NCBI GenBank assembly: GCA_044356935.1
Contig: JBIKVI010000001.1
Location: forward strand, 1 to 57,086
Direction of reading: 5' to 3'
Source of the DNA: Silvanigrellaceae bacterium
Lineage (GTDB): Bacteria > Bdellovibrionota_B > Oligoflexia > Silvanigrellales > Silvanigrellaceae
Length of the DNA stretch: 57,086 nucleotides
In this document: one piece after another, positions 1-9,668 of the stretch
Layout of the letters: every line of letters starts with the position of its first letter
Position numbering within the stretch: the first letter of the stretch is position 1
The notes under the pieces: model-generated
Told to the model about the DNA's origin: nothing
The model's input: only the letters and a program-made list of their open reading frames with translations
The model's database searches: none
Position numbers and translations under genes: made by a program

Positions 1-306
1 CGAGAGGACAACCTCATAGCCGTACTGGACGTTCAAGAGCCGTCCTTTCCCCTTATGTGTCGTCAGGGGAACGATTTGGACGACGCGCCCAGCGCCAAGC
101 ACCCCCACCACTATGGCGGGCCTGACCTTCGTGTCCTCGGAGCGGAAGCATGCAAGTCCCCGGAAGCACGCCCCACCAAACCGCCCAAAAACTACGCACA
201 AACCTCTCCTCACCCCGCACTTTGAGTTCCCGCCGCAGAAAGATTACTGTCGCAGAGGACGATCCCCGCAATTCAAGTGAACTCCCGCCTTACGGACGGT
301 TGAACT

Positions 307-2202
307 GTGCTGAGTCTTCAACTCGTGCTCGCCTTCACGGCCTCGCTCGTGTGTTCGTTGGCGCTCATGCCCATCGTTCTCAGGTTCGCACGTGCGCTGA
401 ATTTGTACGATGTGCCCGATGCCGTCGGAGCCGGAGTTGGGACAGGAGCTGGAGCCGGCGCACCTCCTGGGGCAGGCCTGCCGAGCGAACCTGCCGGGCT
501 CAACCCACCGCCCCTTCGACTGCCTGGCGATGCTCCCGTGTCAGACCCGGCAAGGCGCATCCACACCCGCCCCATTCCCAGGCTCGGCGGCATTGCCATT
601 GTGTGCGGGTTCTTCCTGGGGCTTCTGTTCTCCAACATTCCGCTAAACCTCGGCGGAGTGTTCGCCGCTTCTATCGTCATGTTCCTTACAGGCCTTACTG
701 ACGACGTTCGGCCCCTGCCGGCAAGGCTGCGTCTCGGCATCCAGGTGGCCGCCGCCTCCTTCGCCGTGTGGAGCGCGGGCCTCACCCTCACGGCCCTGCA
801 CCTCACCTCCACCACGAGCATCGCCCTGCCGCTGGGCGTTGGCGTGGCGTTGAGCCTGTTCGTTATCGTGGGCGCCATCAACGCCATCAACATGATTGAC
901 GGCCTCGACGGCCTAGCCGGCGGCGTGGTGCTCATCGGCATCCTGTTCCTGAGCTACCTGCACTTCCTCAACACAGGCGACCTGTATCTCCTGCTCGTGT
1001 TGTCGCTGCCCATGATTGGCGCCATCCTCGGCTTCCTCAAGTACAACACGCACCCGGCCTCGGTGTTCATGGGCGATGGCGGCAGCAATTGGCTCGGCTT
1101 CATGACCGGGGTGCTGTTCCTCATCGTGGCGCGAGGCAAGGCTCTGGCCCCGGTGGCGGGTGTTCCCTCCCTCGACGGCACGCCCGCACTCGAGCTCGTG
1201 GATGCCAGCGGAACCTTCCTGGTAAACGCGGTGCCCTTCGTCACAGTCATTCTCTGCCTGGCCGTGCCCGTGTTCGATACAGCCTGGGTCATCGTGAGCC
1301 GCATGCGCGCGGGGCTCTCCCCCATGGCGCCCGACAAGCGGCACTTCCATCACGGACTCATGAAGCTCGGCCTCTCGCACTCGCAGAGCGTGGCGGCAGT
1401 CTACTTCGTGGCGGTGGTGTTCGCTGTTATGGGCGTGCTGCCCGTGGCCTTCCCTTCGTACAAGCTCGCATGGGCCCCTTACGCGAGCGCGGCCTTTCTG
1501 TTCGTGGTCATGCCACTGGTGCTGCGACTCGACGAGGGCCTGCTTCTACGCCTGCGCACGCAACGCATGCTCTTCGCGTTCAACACCAACACAGGGCCCC
1601 AGCTCTCGCGCCTCATTCGCCTGTGGGAAACCTCGAACCGCTACATCATCTACGGCATCCTTTTGGCCACCCCCATTTTCGCCGGGGTGCCGCCGCGCAT
1701 GTTGGGCTTCGTGGCCGTGCTCGTGCTCGCACTTCTGGTGGCGAGCATCCTCATTCCAAGGCGCAAGGTCGACTTCCTCGACAGCCTTGCCATTGCCACG
1801 GCTGCCACAGTGGTGCTCGTGGCCAACAACGCGAACTCCATTTTTATCACGTGGATGGGCGAGCGCGCCAACATCCAGTTCATTTACAACTACGTGTTCT
1901 TGTGGCTTGCAGTGAGCACGGCGCTGCTGGTGCTCGTCACCTTCCGCCGCCAGTACTTCGTTGTGACTCCCAGCGACTTCCTGATGGTAATTCTGCCTTT
2001 GGTTCTTCTGCTCGTGCCTGAGCCTTACCGATCCGAGTATCGGCTCAACATCATCGGACTGCGGAGCCTCGTGTTGTTCGCGGCCATTCGGACCATGCAG
2101 AAGCGCCACAAGGGGAACGTGTACCGGCTGAAGGTGCTTTCGAGCGGGGCTCTCTTGTATGTCATACTCGTTTCAATGTTCGGATTGAGGGTCATTTATT
2201 GA
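307..2202 (+). CDS. WecA/MraY-family polyprenyl-phosphate HexNAc-1-phosphate transferase with a low-complexity loop insert and a long extra C-terminal membrane domain (631 aa)
   Basis: Polytopic hydrophobic ORF with the family hallmark NAINMIDGLDGLAGG and RRIHTRPIPRLGG. GTG start at 307, so the exact start is uncertain. Confidence 0.85.
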   Translation: MLSLQLVLAFTASLVCSLALMPIVLRFARALNLYDVPDAVGAGVGTGAGAGAPPGAGLPSEPAGLNPPPLRLPGDAPVSDPARRIHTRPIPRLGGIAIVCGFFLGLLFSNIPLNLGGVFAASIVMFLTGLTDDVRPLPARLRLGIQVAAASFAVWSAGLTLTALHLTSTTSIALPLGVGVALSLFVIVGAINAINMIDGLDGLAGGVVLIGILFLSYLHFLNTGDLYLLLVLSLPMIGAILGFLKYNTHPASVFMGDGGSNWLGFMTGVLFLIVARGKALAPVAGVPSLDGTPALELVDASGTFLVNAVPFVTVILCLAVPVFDTAWVIVSRMRAGLSPMAPDKRHFHHGLMKLGLSHSQSVAAVYFVAVVFAVMGVLPVAFPSYKLAWAPYASAAFLFVVMPLVLRLDEGLLLRLRTQRMLFAFNTNTGPQLSRLIRLWETSNRYIIYGILLATPIFAGVPPRMLGFVAVLVLALLVASILIPRRKVDFLDSLAIATAATVVLVANNANSIFITWMGERANIQFIYNYVFLWLAVSTALLVLVTFRRQYFVVTPSDFLMVILPLVLLLVPEPYRSEYRLNIIGLRSLVLFAAIRTMQKRHKGNVYRLKVLSSGALLYVILVSMFGLRVIY

Positions 2203-2346
2203 CCCGATCATTCGATCAGCCGAAATCGTACGCAGGGCAATCGGAGCAACCGCGGACCTGCGCCTCTCGTTCTTTAGCAGTTCCTGACTTCCTCACCCTT
2301 TGACGCATGAATATCGCGTCTCGAATCCTAAACACGGGGCTCCAGA

Positions 2347-3810
2347 ATGCCAGTCTCGACCATAAAGCGAGTCATCCAGCTCGAATTGAACGAAGTCTCC
2401 AAGGTTTTGCTCGACGAGCTCGTCGGAAACGGAGAGTTGCCGAATTTTCGACGCGTCGTTCAAGACTGGGAGTATGGCGAAACCGTAAGCGAATCGCGGT
2501 ACGAATGGCTCGAGCCTTGGATTCAGTGGGTCACTGTCCACACCGGCAAGTCATACGAGGAACACCGCATCTCCCACCTGGGAGACAGCAACTTGTTATC
2601 TCATCCACAGATCTGGGAAACCCTCGAGGACAATGGCATCGAATCCTGCATCTTTGGATGCATGAATGCGCGACGGGGACGAGCAACCGGGGGGATGTTT
2701 TTACCGGACCCGTGGGCAAAGGTGAACGAAACCTACCCTGCGCACCTCGCCGCACTCTGGGAGTTCCTCAGTACGCGAGTCCAAGCTCATGCGACGCGAG
2801 GACCAAAGGTTCCTCTCAGAAAGGGTCTCGCTGCGTCCTTGCGCCTAGGTGTGCCGATTCCCTTTCTCGCGGCGGTCGCTTGCCAAATCGCCAGGCAGAA
2901 GATCGAACCTCACAGCGCGTGGAGGTTGGCGTCTCTTTTCGACGAGTACCTGGCGCACATGTTCACTTCTGTCGTGGAAAGATGCGACTACGGATTCAAT
3001 GCACTCTTCCTGAATTGCGTCGCACACTACCAGCACCACTTCTGGAGAAGACGCCAGCCCTCTCACTTCGCACCGCATGTCGTTGCGCCCGACTGCGGTC
3101 CGAACGATGACCCCGTGCGCCACGGCCTGCGAGCCTACGACAGGATCCTGGGAAGGATTCTCCAGCCCCTGGATGGCCGCGACGACACCCTGGTCCTCAT
3201 AGTAACTGGACTTTCGCAGGTACCTTACACCGAGGAGGAATCTCGGGGCGGTATGCATTACTATCGACTAAACGATCACAAACGTTTCGTTGAGAAACTG
3301 GGGTTGTCCGCATCCCGGGTGCACCCTCTCATGAGCCGTGACTGGCAAATAGGGGCGGATTCTCCCGCGGAAATGGCTGCCCTCATGGCCTCCCTCGCAG
3401 GGGTGACCGTCGATGGCGAGCCGCTCTTCCGCGTCCGTGAGGGCCAAACGGGCTATCTCTTCATAGAAACCTCGTGCACGAAAGCACTCCCTGCAACGTC
3501 CCTCATCCTTGACCGCTCAGGACGGACCATAGGTCGGTTCCACGACCTCGTATCCAGCACGGCGATAAAGTCGGGCGCGCACTCGACGACGGGAAGCGTG
3601 TGGGCTTCACGTCCTGGATTTCTTCCTAAACCTGGGCGCCCTTTTCCCCTTGGGCAAGTGCGAGACGTGCCCTTGAAGGCGCTCGGAGTGCTTCCACAGC
3701 GCGTCGAGATCAACCCAACCCGTGCTTCGAAAGATAGCGACAGTAGTTCGTCAACTGGATCCAAGCCATTCGAGGCGAGCGCTTCCACGCACGCCCCCAG
3801 TCATGGGTGA
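2347..3810 (+). CDS. Soluble hypothetical protein, alkaline-phosphatase / type I phosphodiesterase superfamily-like
   Basis: 487-aa ORF. N-terminus (VIQLELNEVSKVLLDELVGNGELPNF ... LEPWIQWVTVHTGKSYEEHRI) follows the layout of AlkP-family GLDG...LPN...SP..W.S..TG..P..HGI motifs, but with substitutions. The last ~100 nt overlap the convergent GT2 gene. Confidence 0.55.
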   Translation: MPVSTIKRVIQLELNEVSKVLLDELVGNGELPNFRRVVQDWEYGETVSESRYEWLEPWIQWVTVHTGKSYEEHRISHLGDSNLLSHPQIWETLEDNGIESCIFGCMNARRGRATGGMFLPDPWAKVNETYPAHLAALWEFLSTRVQAHATRGPKVPLRKGLAASLRLGVPIPFLAAVACQIARQKIEPHSAWRLASLFDEYLAHMFTSVVERCDYGFNALFLNCVAHYQHHFWRRRQPSHFAPHVVAPDCGPNDDPVRHGLRAYDRILGRILQPLDGRDDTLVLIVTGLSQVPYTEEESRGGMHYYRLNDHKRFVEKLGLSASRVHPLMSRDWQIGADSPAEMAALMASLAGVTVDGEPLFRVREGQTGYLFIETSCTKALPATSLILDRSGRTIGRFHDLVSSTAIKSGAHSTTGSVWASRPGFLPKPGRPFPLGQVRDVPLKALGVLPQRVEINPTRASKDSDSSSSTGSKPFEASASTHAPSHG

Positions 3811-4510
3811 CCCTCGCGGAGGCGACGATGTAGTTGAAACCCAGCGATTGCGCCCGGCGCGAAAGATCCGCGTCCTCGTAATAGAGGAAGAAATCCTCGT
3901 CGAATCCTCCAAGTTTTCGGTACTGCGCAATCCGTAAAGCAAAGAAACAACCGGAAACGAACTCCGTGCGGGTATAGCCGCTCCCTGGCGGCTGAATCTG
4001 CACTTCTGAAGCGACCTCGCCGAAAAGCCTCGATAACTGCCGAGCAATCCAGCGCCTCAAGGTGGGATGGCGACGGATGACCGGCTGAAGCGATCCATCG
4101 GAATTGAGCACCACCGGAGCAAGAACGACCGCGTCCGAACAGGCTCTGCCTGCGTTCACGAGCTCCCGGATACAATGCGCGTCTACTTCGACGTCAGGGT
4201 TGCAGCACACGTACCACTCGTGACCCCGTGCGAACTCACGAACGATTTCGTTGTGCGCCGCTCCGAATCCCGCGTTCGGCCGTCGCAGCCAGGACCACGC
4301 CCCATACCTGGTCGCCAGCGCGCCCATGGAAGCATTCTGAGCCTCACGCTTCGAATTGCACAGGAGGACGACGTCGACGGGGGTCAGCGATGCCTTCAGG
4401 GATTCGAGAAGCCGTTCAACCTTCGGGGGCGGCGTTTCGTGCACCACGATACCACACAGAACCTCGGACACTGCACTCACTCCCGCACCCAGTTTAAGCC
4501 GCCGGAACAT
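3710..4510 (-). CDS. Family 2 glycosyltransferase (rhamnosyltransferase-like)
   Basis: Motif LGGFDEDFFLYYEDADLSRRA and the GT-A style N-terminus VVHETPP...VVLLCNS. ATG at 4510. Confidence 0.85.
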   Translation of the reverse strand: MFRRLKLGAGVSAVSEVLCGIVVHETPPPKVERLLESLKASLTPVDVVLLCNSKREAQNASMGALATRYGAWSWLRRPNAGFGAAHNEIVREFARGHEWYVCCNPDVEVDAHCIRELVNAGRACSDAVVLAPVVLNSDGSLQPVIRRHPTLRRWIARQLSRLFGEVASEVQIQPPGSGYTRTEFVSGCFFALRIAQYRKLGGFDEDFFLYYEDADLSRRAQSLGFNYIVASARVTHDWGRAWKRSPRMAWIQLTNYCRYLSKHGLG

Positions 4511-4637
4511 TGAAAATCGACATGGATTGCACTAGGGTCGTGGGATTCAACCCACTATCAATGAGGGCTGGGATGGCAGCGGACGCGTGCGTAGCCGCTC
4601 CACCACACAGCACGGCATTCTATTCAGAGGATTACCC

Positions 4638-5636
4638 ATGCGATCCGATAAAGGCAAGGCGCTCGTTACGGGAGCCGACGGATTCATAGGTAGCCACCTC
4701 GTGGAAACGCTCGTGCGCGAAGGTCGTAAAGTACGAGCTTTTGTCCAGTACAATTCTTTCAACAGCTGGGGGTGGCTCGACGACAGCCCCCTGGAAGTCA
4801 GGAATGCGATCGAGGTCGTCGCCGGTGACGTCAGGGACCCCTTCGTTGTTCACGAAGCCATGCAGGGCGTGGAGTCCGTCTTCCATCTAGCCGCGCTCAT
4901 CGGCATCCCCTATTCTTATGTTGCACCCCAGAACTACGTCGAAACGAACATCACGGGCACGCTTAATGTCCTCCAGGCGGCGCGCACCCTCGGCAACGCG
5001 CGCGTGCTCGTAACTTCGACCTCGGAAGTCTATGGTACCGCGCTGAGCGTGCCCATCGACGAAACCCACCCCAGGCAACCTCAGTCGCCATACTCCGCCA
5101 CTAAAATCGCCGCCGACTGTCTGGCGGAGTCATTTGTGCGTAGTTTCGGACTTCCTGTCACCATCGTGAGACCATTCAATACCTTCGGACCCCGGCAATC
5201 CGCGCGAGCGATCATCCCGACCATCATCGCGCAAGCCCTCTCTGGCAGAGAGGAAGTCAGCCTCGGTGCTCTCCATCCCACTCGCGATCTCGTGTTCGTC
5301 CGAGACACCGTAGAAGGCTTTCTCCGCATCGAGGATTGCGACTCACTCATCGGCGAGGACGTCAATATCGCCACCGAGTCGGAGATCGGCATGAGTGATC
5401 TCGCAGAGCGTATCCTTGAGATCGTGGAGGTGAAGGCGAGAATCGTTTCGAAGGGGGAACGCCTCCGTCCAGGGAAGAGCGAGGTCGAGCGCCTGCTCGG
5501 TAGCGCGAAGAAGCTCGCGCAGCACACGAAGTGGAAGCCCTCCACGACCCTCGACGATGGACTTCGCGCCACCATCGAGTGGTTCAGGAATCCCGCGAAT
5601 CTCTCCAAGTACAAGTCCGACCGATACAATGTCTGA
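4638..5636 (+). CDS. legB: NAD-dependent sugar-nucleotide 4,6-dehydratase (extended SDR), LegB-type first step of the legionaminic acid pathway
   Basis: ALVTGADGFIGSHLVE Rossmann motif and YSATK catalytic YxxxK. ATG 4638 is preceded by AGAGGA. First gene of the NeuB/NeuC operon. Confidence 0.8.
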   Translation: MRSDKGKALVTGADGFIGSHLVETLVREGRKVRAFVQYNSFNSWGWLDDSPLEVRNAIEVVAGDVRDPFVVHEAMQGVESVFHLAALIGIPYSYVAPQNYVETNITGTLNVLQAARTLGNARVLVTSTSEVYGTALSVPIDETHPRQPQSPYSATKIAADCLAESFVRSFGLPVTIVRPFNTFGPRQSARAIIPTIIAQALSGREEVSLGALHPTRDLVFVRDTVEGFLRIEDCDSLIGEDVNIATESEIGMSDLAERILEIVEVKARIVSKGERLRPGKSEVERLLGSAKKLAQHTKWKPSTTLDDGLRATIEWFRNPANLSKYKSDRYNV

Positions 5637-6789
5637 GGGAGTTATGGAAATCGACGATTTCGTGGGCTTTGTGCGCTCGCTGTATCCCGGACTCGCTTCC
5701 ATCCCCCTCCATCAGCCGACGTTTGGCGAAAGCGAAAAGCGCTACGTCGCGGACTGCATCGATTCCACATTCGTCTCCTCGGTTGGAAAATACGTGACGC
5801 AATTCGAAGGAATGCTCGCCGCCTTCACGGGTGCGTCGCATGCCGTGGCCGTGTCCAACGGCACATCGGGTCTGCATCTCGCACTCCACGCGCTGGGGGT
5901 TGGTCCGGGCGACCAAGTGTTGACACAGGCACTCACGTTCGTGGCGACATGCAATGCCATTCGCCTTTGCGGAGCCAACCCGGTCTTTGTCGACGTGGAT
6001 CGAAACACCCTTGGAATGCATCCGGCTCGACTCGAAGAATATCTCTCGCGATTCGCTCGTCTCGACGGAAACATCTGCGTCGATATTCAGACCGGAAAAC
6101 GCATTGCCGCGGTCGTTCCCATGCATACCCTCGGACATCCTTGCGATATCGGCGCGATACAGGACATCTGTCGCCGTTGGAACCTTCCCTGCGTCGAAGA
6201 CGCCGCGGAATCCCTCGGATCGTTCGTAGGGAGCAGGCATACCGGAACTTTTGGGAACGTCGGAGTCCTCAGTTTCAATGGCAACAAGACCATCACGACG
6301 GGAGGCGGCGGAGCGCTCATCACGAACGATTCCAACCTTGCCTCACGGCTGAAGCACCTCTCGACGACTGCGAAAATCCCGCACGCGTGGGAGTTCTATC
6401 ACGACTCCATGGCGTTCAATTACCGGATGCCCAACATAAATGCCGCGCTTGGATGCGCCCAGTTGGAGAAGCTTCCTGCGCTACTGGAAGCCAAGCGCAC
6501 CCTGGCCAAGGCATACCACTCGTACGGAGTGGCGAAGGGACTTGATTTCGTCGATGAACCCTCGGGAACACGGGCGAATTTCTGGCTCAATGCGCTTGTG
6601 CTGCGCGATAGGGCTTCCCGGGATGTTTTTCTCGAAGGTACCAACGGGCGGGGTGTCATGACTCGGCCGTTCTGGACGCTCATGTCCAGACTTCCGATGT
6701 ACGCCGCCTGCCGGTGCGACGACCTTGCCGTTTCCACTTTCCTTGCGGATCGCGTCGTCAATGTTCCCAGTTGGCCACCGGGAGGTTGA
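5629..6789 (+). CDS. legC: DegT/DnrJ/EryC1 PLP-dependent aminotransferase, LegC-type
   Basis: Typical DegT layout with PLP-lysine region SFNGNKTITTGGGGAL. ATG 5629 overlaps the upstream stop (ATGTCTGA). Confidence 0.85.
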   Translation: MSEGVMEIDDFVGFVRSLYPGLASIPLHQPTFGESEKRYVADCIDSTFVSSVGKYVTQFEGMLAAFTGASHAVAVSNGTSGLHLALHALGVGPGDQVLTQALTFVATCNAIRLCGANPVFVDVDRNTLGMHPARLEEYLSRFARLDGNICVDIQTGKRIAAVVPMHTLGHPCDIGAIQDICRRWNLPCVEDAAESLGSFVGSRHTGTFGNVGVLSFNGNKTITTGGGGALITNDSNLASRLKHLSTTAKIPHAWEFYHDSMAFNYRMPNINAALGCAQLEKLPALLEAKRTLAKAYHSYGVAKGLDFVDEPSGTRANFWLNALVLRDRASRDVFLEGTNGRGVMTRPFWTLMSRLPMYAACRCDDLAVSTFLADRVVNVPSWPPGG

Positions 6790-7423
6790 ATTGGAACCAG
6801 TCTTGCTCATAGGTGGAGGAGGTCACTGCCGTGCTTGCATCGATGTGGTGGAGTCTTCGGGCGTGTACTCCGTTGCGGGAGTCGTCGAAACGAACACGAC
6901 CTCACATGGCCAAGTCCTTGGCTATCCCATCGTCGGGACGGATGCTGAACTCCCGGCCCTAATCTCTACCTACCGAAATGCGCTCCTCGCAGTGGGACAC
7001 GTCGGGAGTCCGGGCATTCGGATCCGCCTGTCCGAACACCTCAAAGGGTTGGGAGCAAGCATCCCTGTCGTCGTCTCTCGGAACGCCTGCGTATCGAGAC
7101 ACGCGAAGGTAGGACCAGGCACCATCATCATGCATGGAGCCATCGTGAACGCGGGCGCACTCATCGGAGAGGGATGCATCGTAAATTCGGGCGCTATCGT
7201 GGAGCACGATGCCGTCATCGGTGATCACGTCCATGTGTCGACTCGAGCCGTCGTCAATGGCGCCGCCCGGATCGGAAGTCGAACCTTCATCGGCAGCGGT
7301 GCTGTCATCTTTCAAGGCGTGACTGTTCCACAGGAATCGATCGTCGGCGCCGGTAGCGTCGTCACGAAAACGCACAAGGAGCCGGGAACCTATCTGGGCG
7401 TCCCCGCGAGAAAGGTTGTCTGA
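6761..7423 (+). CDS. legH: NeuD/PglD-family hexapeptide N-acetyltransferase, LegH-type
   Basis: N-terminal LLIGGGGHCRACIDVVE Rossmann-like part plus left-handed beta-helix repeats (IGEGCIVNSGAIVEHDAVIGDHVHV). Start ambiguous between ATG 6761 and TTG 6791. Confidence 0.75.
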   Translation: MFPVGHREVELEPVLLIGGGGHCRACIDVVESSGVYSVAGVVETNTTSHGQVLGYPIVGTDAELPALISTYRNALLAVGHVGSPGIRIRLSEHLKGLGASIPVVVSRNACVSRHAKVGPGTIIMHGAIVNAGALIGEGCIVNSGAIVEHDAVIGDHVHVSTRAVVNGAARIGSRTFIGSGAVIFQGVTVPQESIVGAGSVVTKTHKEPGTYLGVPARKVV

Positions 7424-7425
7424 CA

Positions 7426-8433
7426 ATGACGAAATGCTTCATCATCGCGGAAATCGGCGTGAACCATGACGGCGACGTCGAACGCGCTAGACGCATGATC
7501 GACGTCGCCAAGGAGTGCGGTGCCGATTGCGTCAAGTTCCAGACTTTCCGCGCGGACGCGCTTGCGACGTCGGGGGCATCGAAGGCCGAGTACCAAACCA
7601 GGACAACGAGCGCAGGTGAATCCCAGAGGGACATGCTCCGCAGACTGGAACTGAAGTTCGATGACTATGCCGCGCTGATGACGCACGCAGAGAGAATCGG
7701 CGTCGAGTTCATGAGCTCTCCGTTTGATGTCGAAAGCGCACGCCTTCTGGTCGATCTCGGGCTCAGGAGACTCAAGATCCCTTCCGGGGAAATCACCAAT
7801 CTGCCCTTGCTCCGATACTGCGCCGGAGTGCCGGATGCGAGGTTCATCCTCTCGACCGGCATGGCGACTCTCGGAGAGATAGAATCCGCGCTCGCGGTGC
7901 TCGGCAGGGGACGCCCCGACCTTGCCCACGTCACGGTTCTTCACTGCAACACTGAATATCCTACCCCCGTCGAAGACGTGAACCTTCTGGCTATGGAAAC
8001 ACTACGGCGCGCGTTCCAGGTCGACATCGGGTATTCGGATCATACCGACGGCGTTGAGATTTCGATTGCCGCCGTCGCCCTTGGCGCCACCCTTATCGAG
8101 AAACACTTCACTCTCGATCGCGGCCTCGCGGGTCCCGATCACGCGGCGAGCCTGGAGCCACGAGATTTTGCGCTCATGGTCAACGCCATTAGGAATGTGG
8201 AGCGTGCGCGCGGGAGCGCGGTGAAGAGACCGTCGCCTTCGGAATGGAAGAACAGGAGTGTGGCTCGCAAGAGCATCGTCGCCGCGCGTCACATCGGACG
8301 CGGCGAGTGCTTTTCCGATCAGAACCTCACCGCCAAGCGCCCTGGAACGGGCATCTCACCGATGTCCTGGGACAACCTTCTCGGTCGCCCCGCCACTCGT
8401 GACTACGAACCCGACGAACTCATCGAACCATGA
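7426..8433 (+). CDS. legI: NeuB-family nonulosonic acid synthase (legionaminic acid synthase LegI / NeuB)
   Basis: IIAEIGVNHDGDVERARRMIDVAKECGADCVKFQTF and a C-terminal SAF-like domain. 335 aa. Confidence 0.9.
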   Translation: MTKCFIIAEIGVNHDGDVERARRMIDVAKECGADCVKFQTFRADALATSGASKAEYQTRTTSAGESQRDMLRRLELKFDDYAALMTHAERIGVEFMSSPFDVESARLLVDLGLRRLKIPSGEITNLPLLRYCAGVPDARFILSTGMATLGEIESALAVLGRGRPDLAHVTVLHCNTEYPTPVEDVNLLAMETLRRAFQVDIGYSDHTDGVEISIAAVALGATLIEKHFTLDRGLAGPDHAASLEPRDFALMVNAIRNVERARGSAVKRPSPSEWKNRSVARKSIVAARHIGRGECFSDQNLTAKRPGTGISPMSWDNLLGRPATRDYEPDELIEP

Positions 8434-9668
8434 CGACCCAACCTCCCCATGCGCGACGCATCTGCATCGTGACGGGCACGCGTGCCGAATACGGGCTGCT
8501 CTTCTGGCTCATGAAGGAACTCTCAGACGATCCTCGCGTCGAGTTGCAGATCGTCGCCACCGGATCCCACCTCTCACCCGAATTCGGAAGTACCGTCGAT
8601 CTCATCGGGACGGATGGATTCGAAGTGACGGAATGCGTCGAGATGCTGCTTTCGAGCGACTCGGAGGTCGGCACGACGAAGTCGGCGGGCGTTGCCCTCA
8701 TCGGTTTCGCAGACGCGTTCCGACGTCTCAAGCCGGATGTCGTCGTGCTCCTTGGCGACAGATACGAAGCGTTCGCCGTCGCCGCCGCGTGCCTGTTCGC
8801 ACGCATTCCGGTCGCGCATCTTTGCGGGGGCGAGCTCACCCTGGGCGCCTTCGACGACTGCATCCGGCATTCCATCACGAAGATGGCGAGCCTGCATTTC
8901 GTAACGCACCCCTCTCACCGCCGTCGCGTGTTGCAGTTGGGGGAGGAGGACCATCGCGTCGCGGACGTAGGCAACATCTCGGCGGAGAACGTGGCCCGAA
9001 TGACCTTGCTGGCGAAGGAGGACGCGGAGCGAGCCCTGAAGGTTTCCCTCGAGCGAACGACCTTCCTCGTCACATATCACCCGGCGACGCTTCGCCCCGA
9101 CGATTCCGAAAGGGAACTGTGCGCGCTCATCGAGGCCCTCGCGGGCTACCCAGATGCCACTATCATCTTCACATTGCCGAACGCCGATCCCGCAAGCAGA
9201 AGCCTCCGCGCACGCATTCTCGCGGCGGTCGCACTAAACCCGAAGAGCTGGCATGCGTTTGATTCACTCGGACAACTGAGATACCTCAGCATCATGGCTC
9301 ATAGCGATGTGGTTGTCGGAAACTCTTCGAGCGGCTTGCTAGAGGCACCGCTGTTCGGCGTGCCCAGCGTGAACATCGGCGAACGTCAGTCCGGTCGGCT
9401 CCGCCCTTCATCCGTCATCGATTGCACTGGAGAGAGGAAGGCGATTGGAGATGCCCTCCGTTTCGCCCTGGCGCGCGAGAAGTCGAAGCTTCCTCGCATG
9501 CCTCCCGAGATGTATCCTTCCCGAAAGATGCTGGAGATCCTCGTGAACGTCCGCCTGCGAGAACTGACTCAAAAGGGTTTTGTCGATCAGATGTTCCCGG
9601 ATGCGCCGACGCCCCTTAGCGGAACCGCCGAACCGAGCGGCGCCGATTCCAGAAGGGAATCCCGATGA
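8430..9668 (+). CDS. legG: Hydrolysing UDP/GDP-HexNAc 2-epimerase, NeuC family (LegG-type)
   Basis: CIVTGTRAEYGLLFWLMKEL and HLCGGELTLGAFDDCIRHSITKMASLHFV. ATGA overlap with the upstream gene. Confidence 0.9.
   Translation: MTTQPPHARRICIVTGTRAEYGLLFWLMKELSDDPRVELQIVATGSHLSPEFGSTVDLIGTDGFEVTECVEMLLSSDSEVGTTKSAGVALIGFADAFRRLKPDVVVLLGDRYEAFAVAAACLFARIPVAHLCGGELTLGAFDDCIRHSITKMASLHFVTHPSHRRRVLQLGEEDHRVADVGNISAENVARMTLLAKEDAERALKVSLERTTFLVTYHPATLRPDDSERELCALIEALAGYPDATIIFTLPNADPASRSLRARILAAVALNPKSWHAFDSLGQLRYLSIMAHSDVVVGNSSSGLLEAPLFGVPSVNIGERQSGRLRPSSVIDCTGERKAIGDALRFALAREKSKLPRMPPEMYPSRKMLEILVNVRLRELTQKGFVDQMFPDAPTPLSGTAEPSGADSRRESR

Noticed and set aside
1-225. Frame open from the window start to a TGA at 223-225 (…NLIAVLDVQEPSFPLMCRQGNDLDDAPSAK…), possibly the 3' end of an upstream gene. 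The listed ORFs 53-271(-) and 150-701(+) were also considered.
   Set aside because: It is too short, with no motif and a low-complexity tail. It cannot be distinguished from non-coding leader sequence upstream of the WecA-like gene, and the two listed ORFs look like shadows.
8258-9262. 334-aa plus-strand ORF overlapping the end of neuB and most of neuC
   Set aside because: It is an alternative frame of two motif-rich genes, and its translation is Arg/Pro/Ser-rich low complexity.
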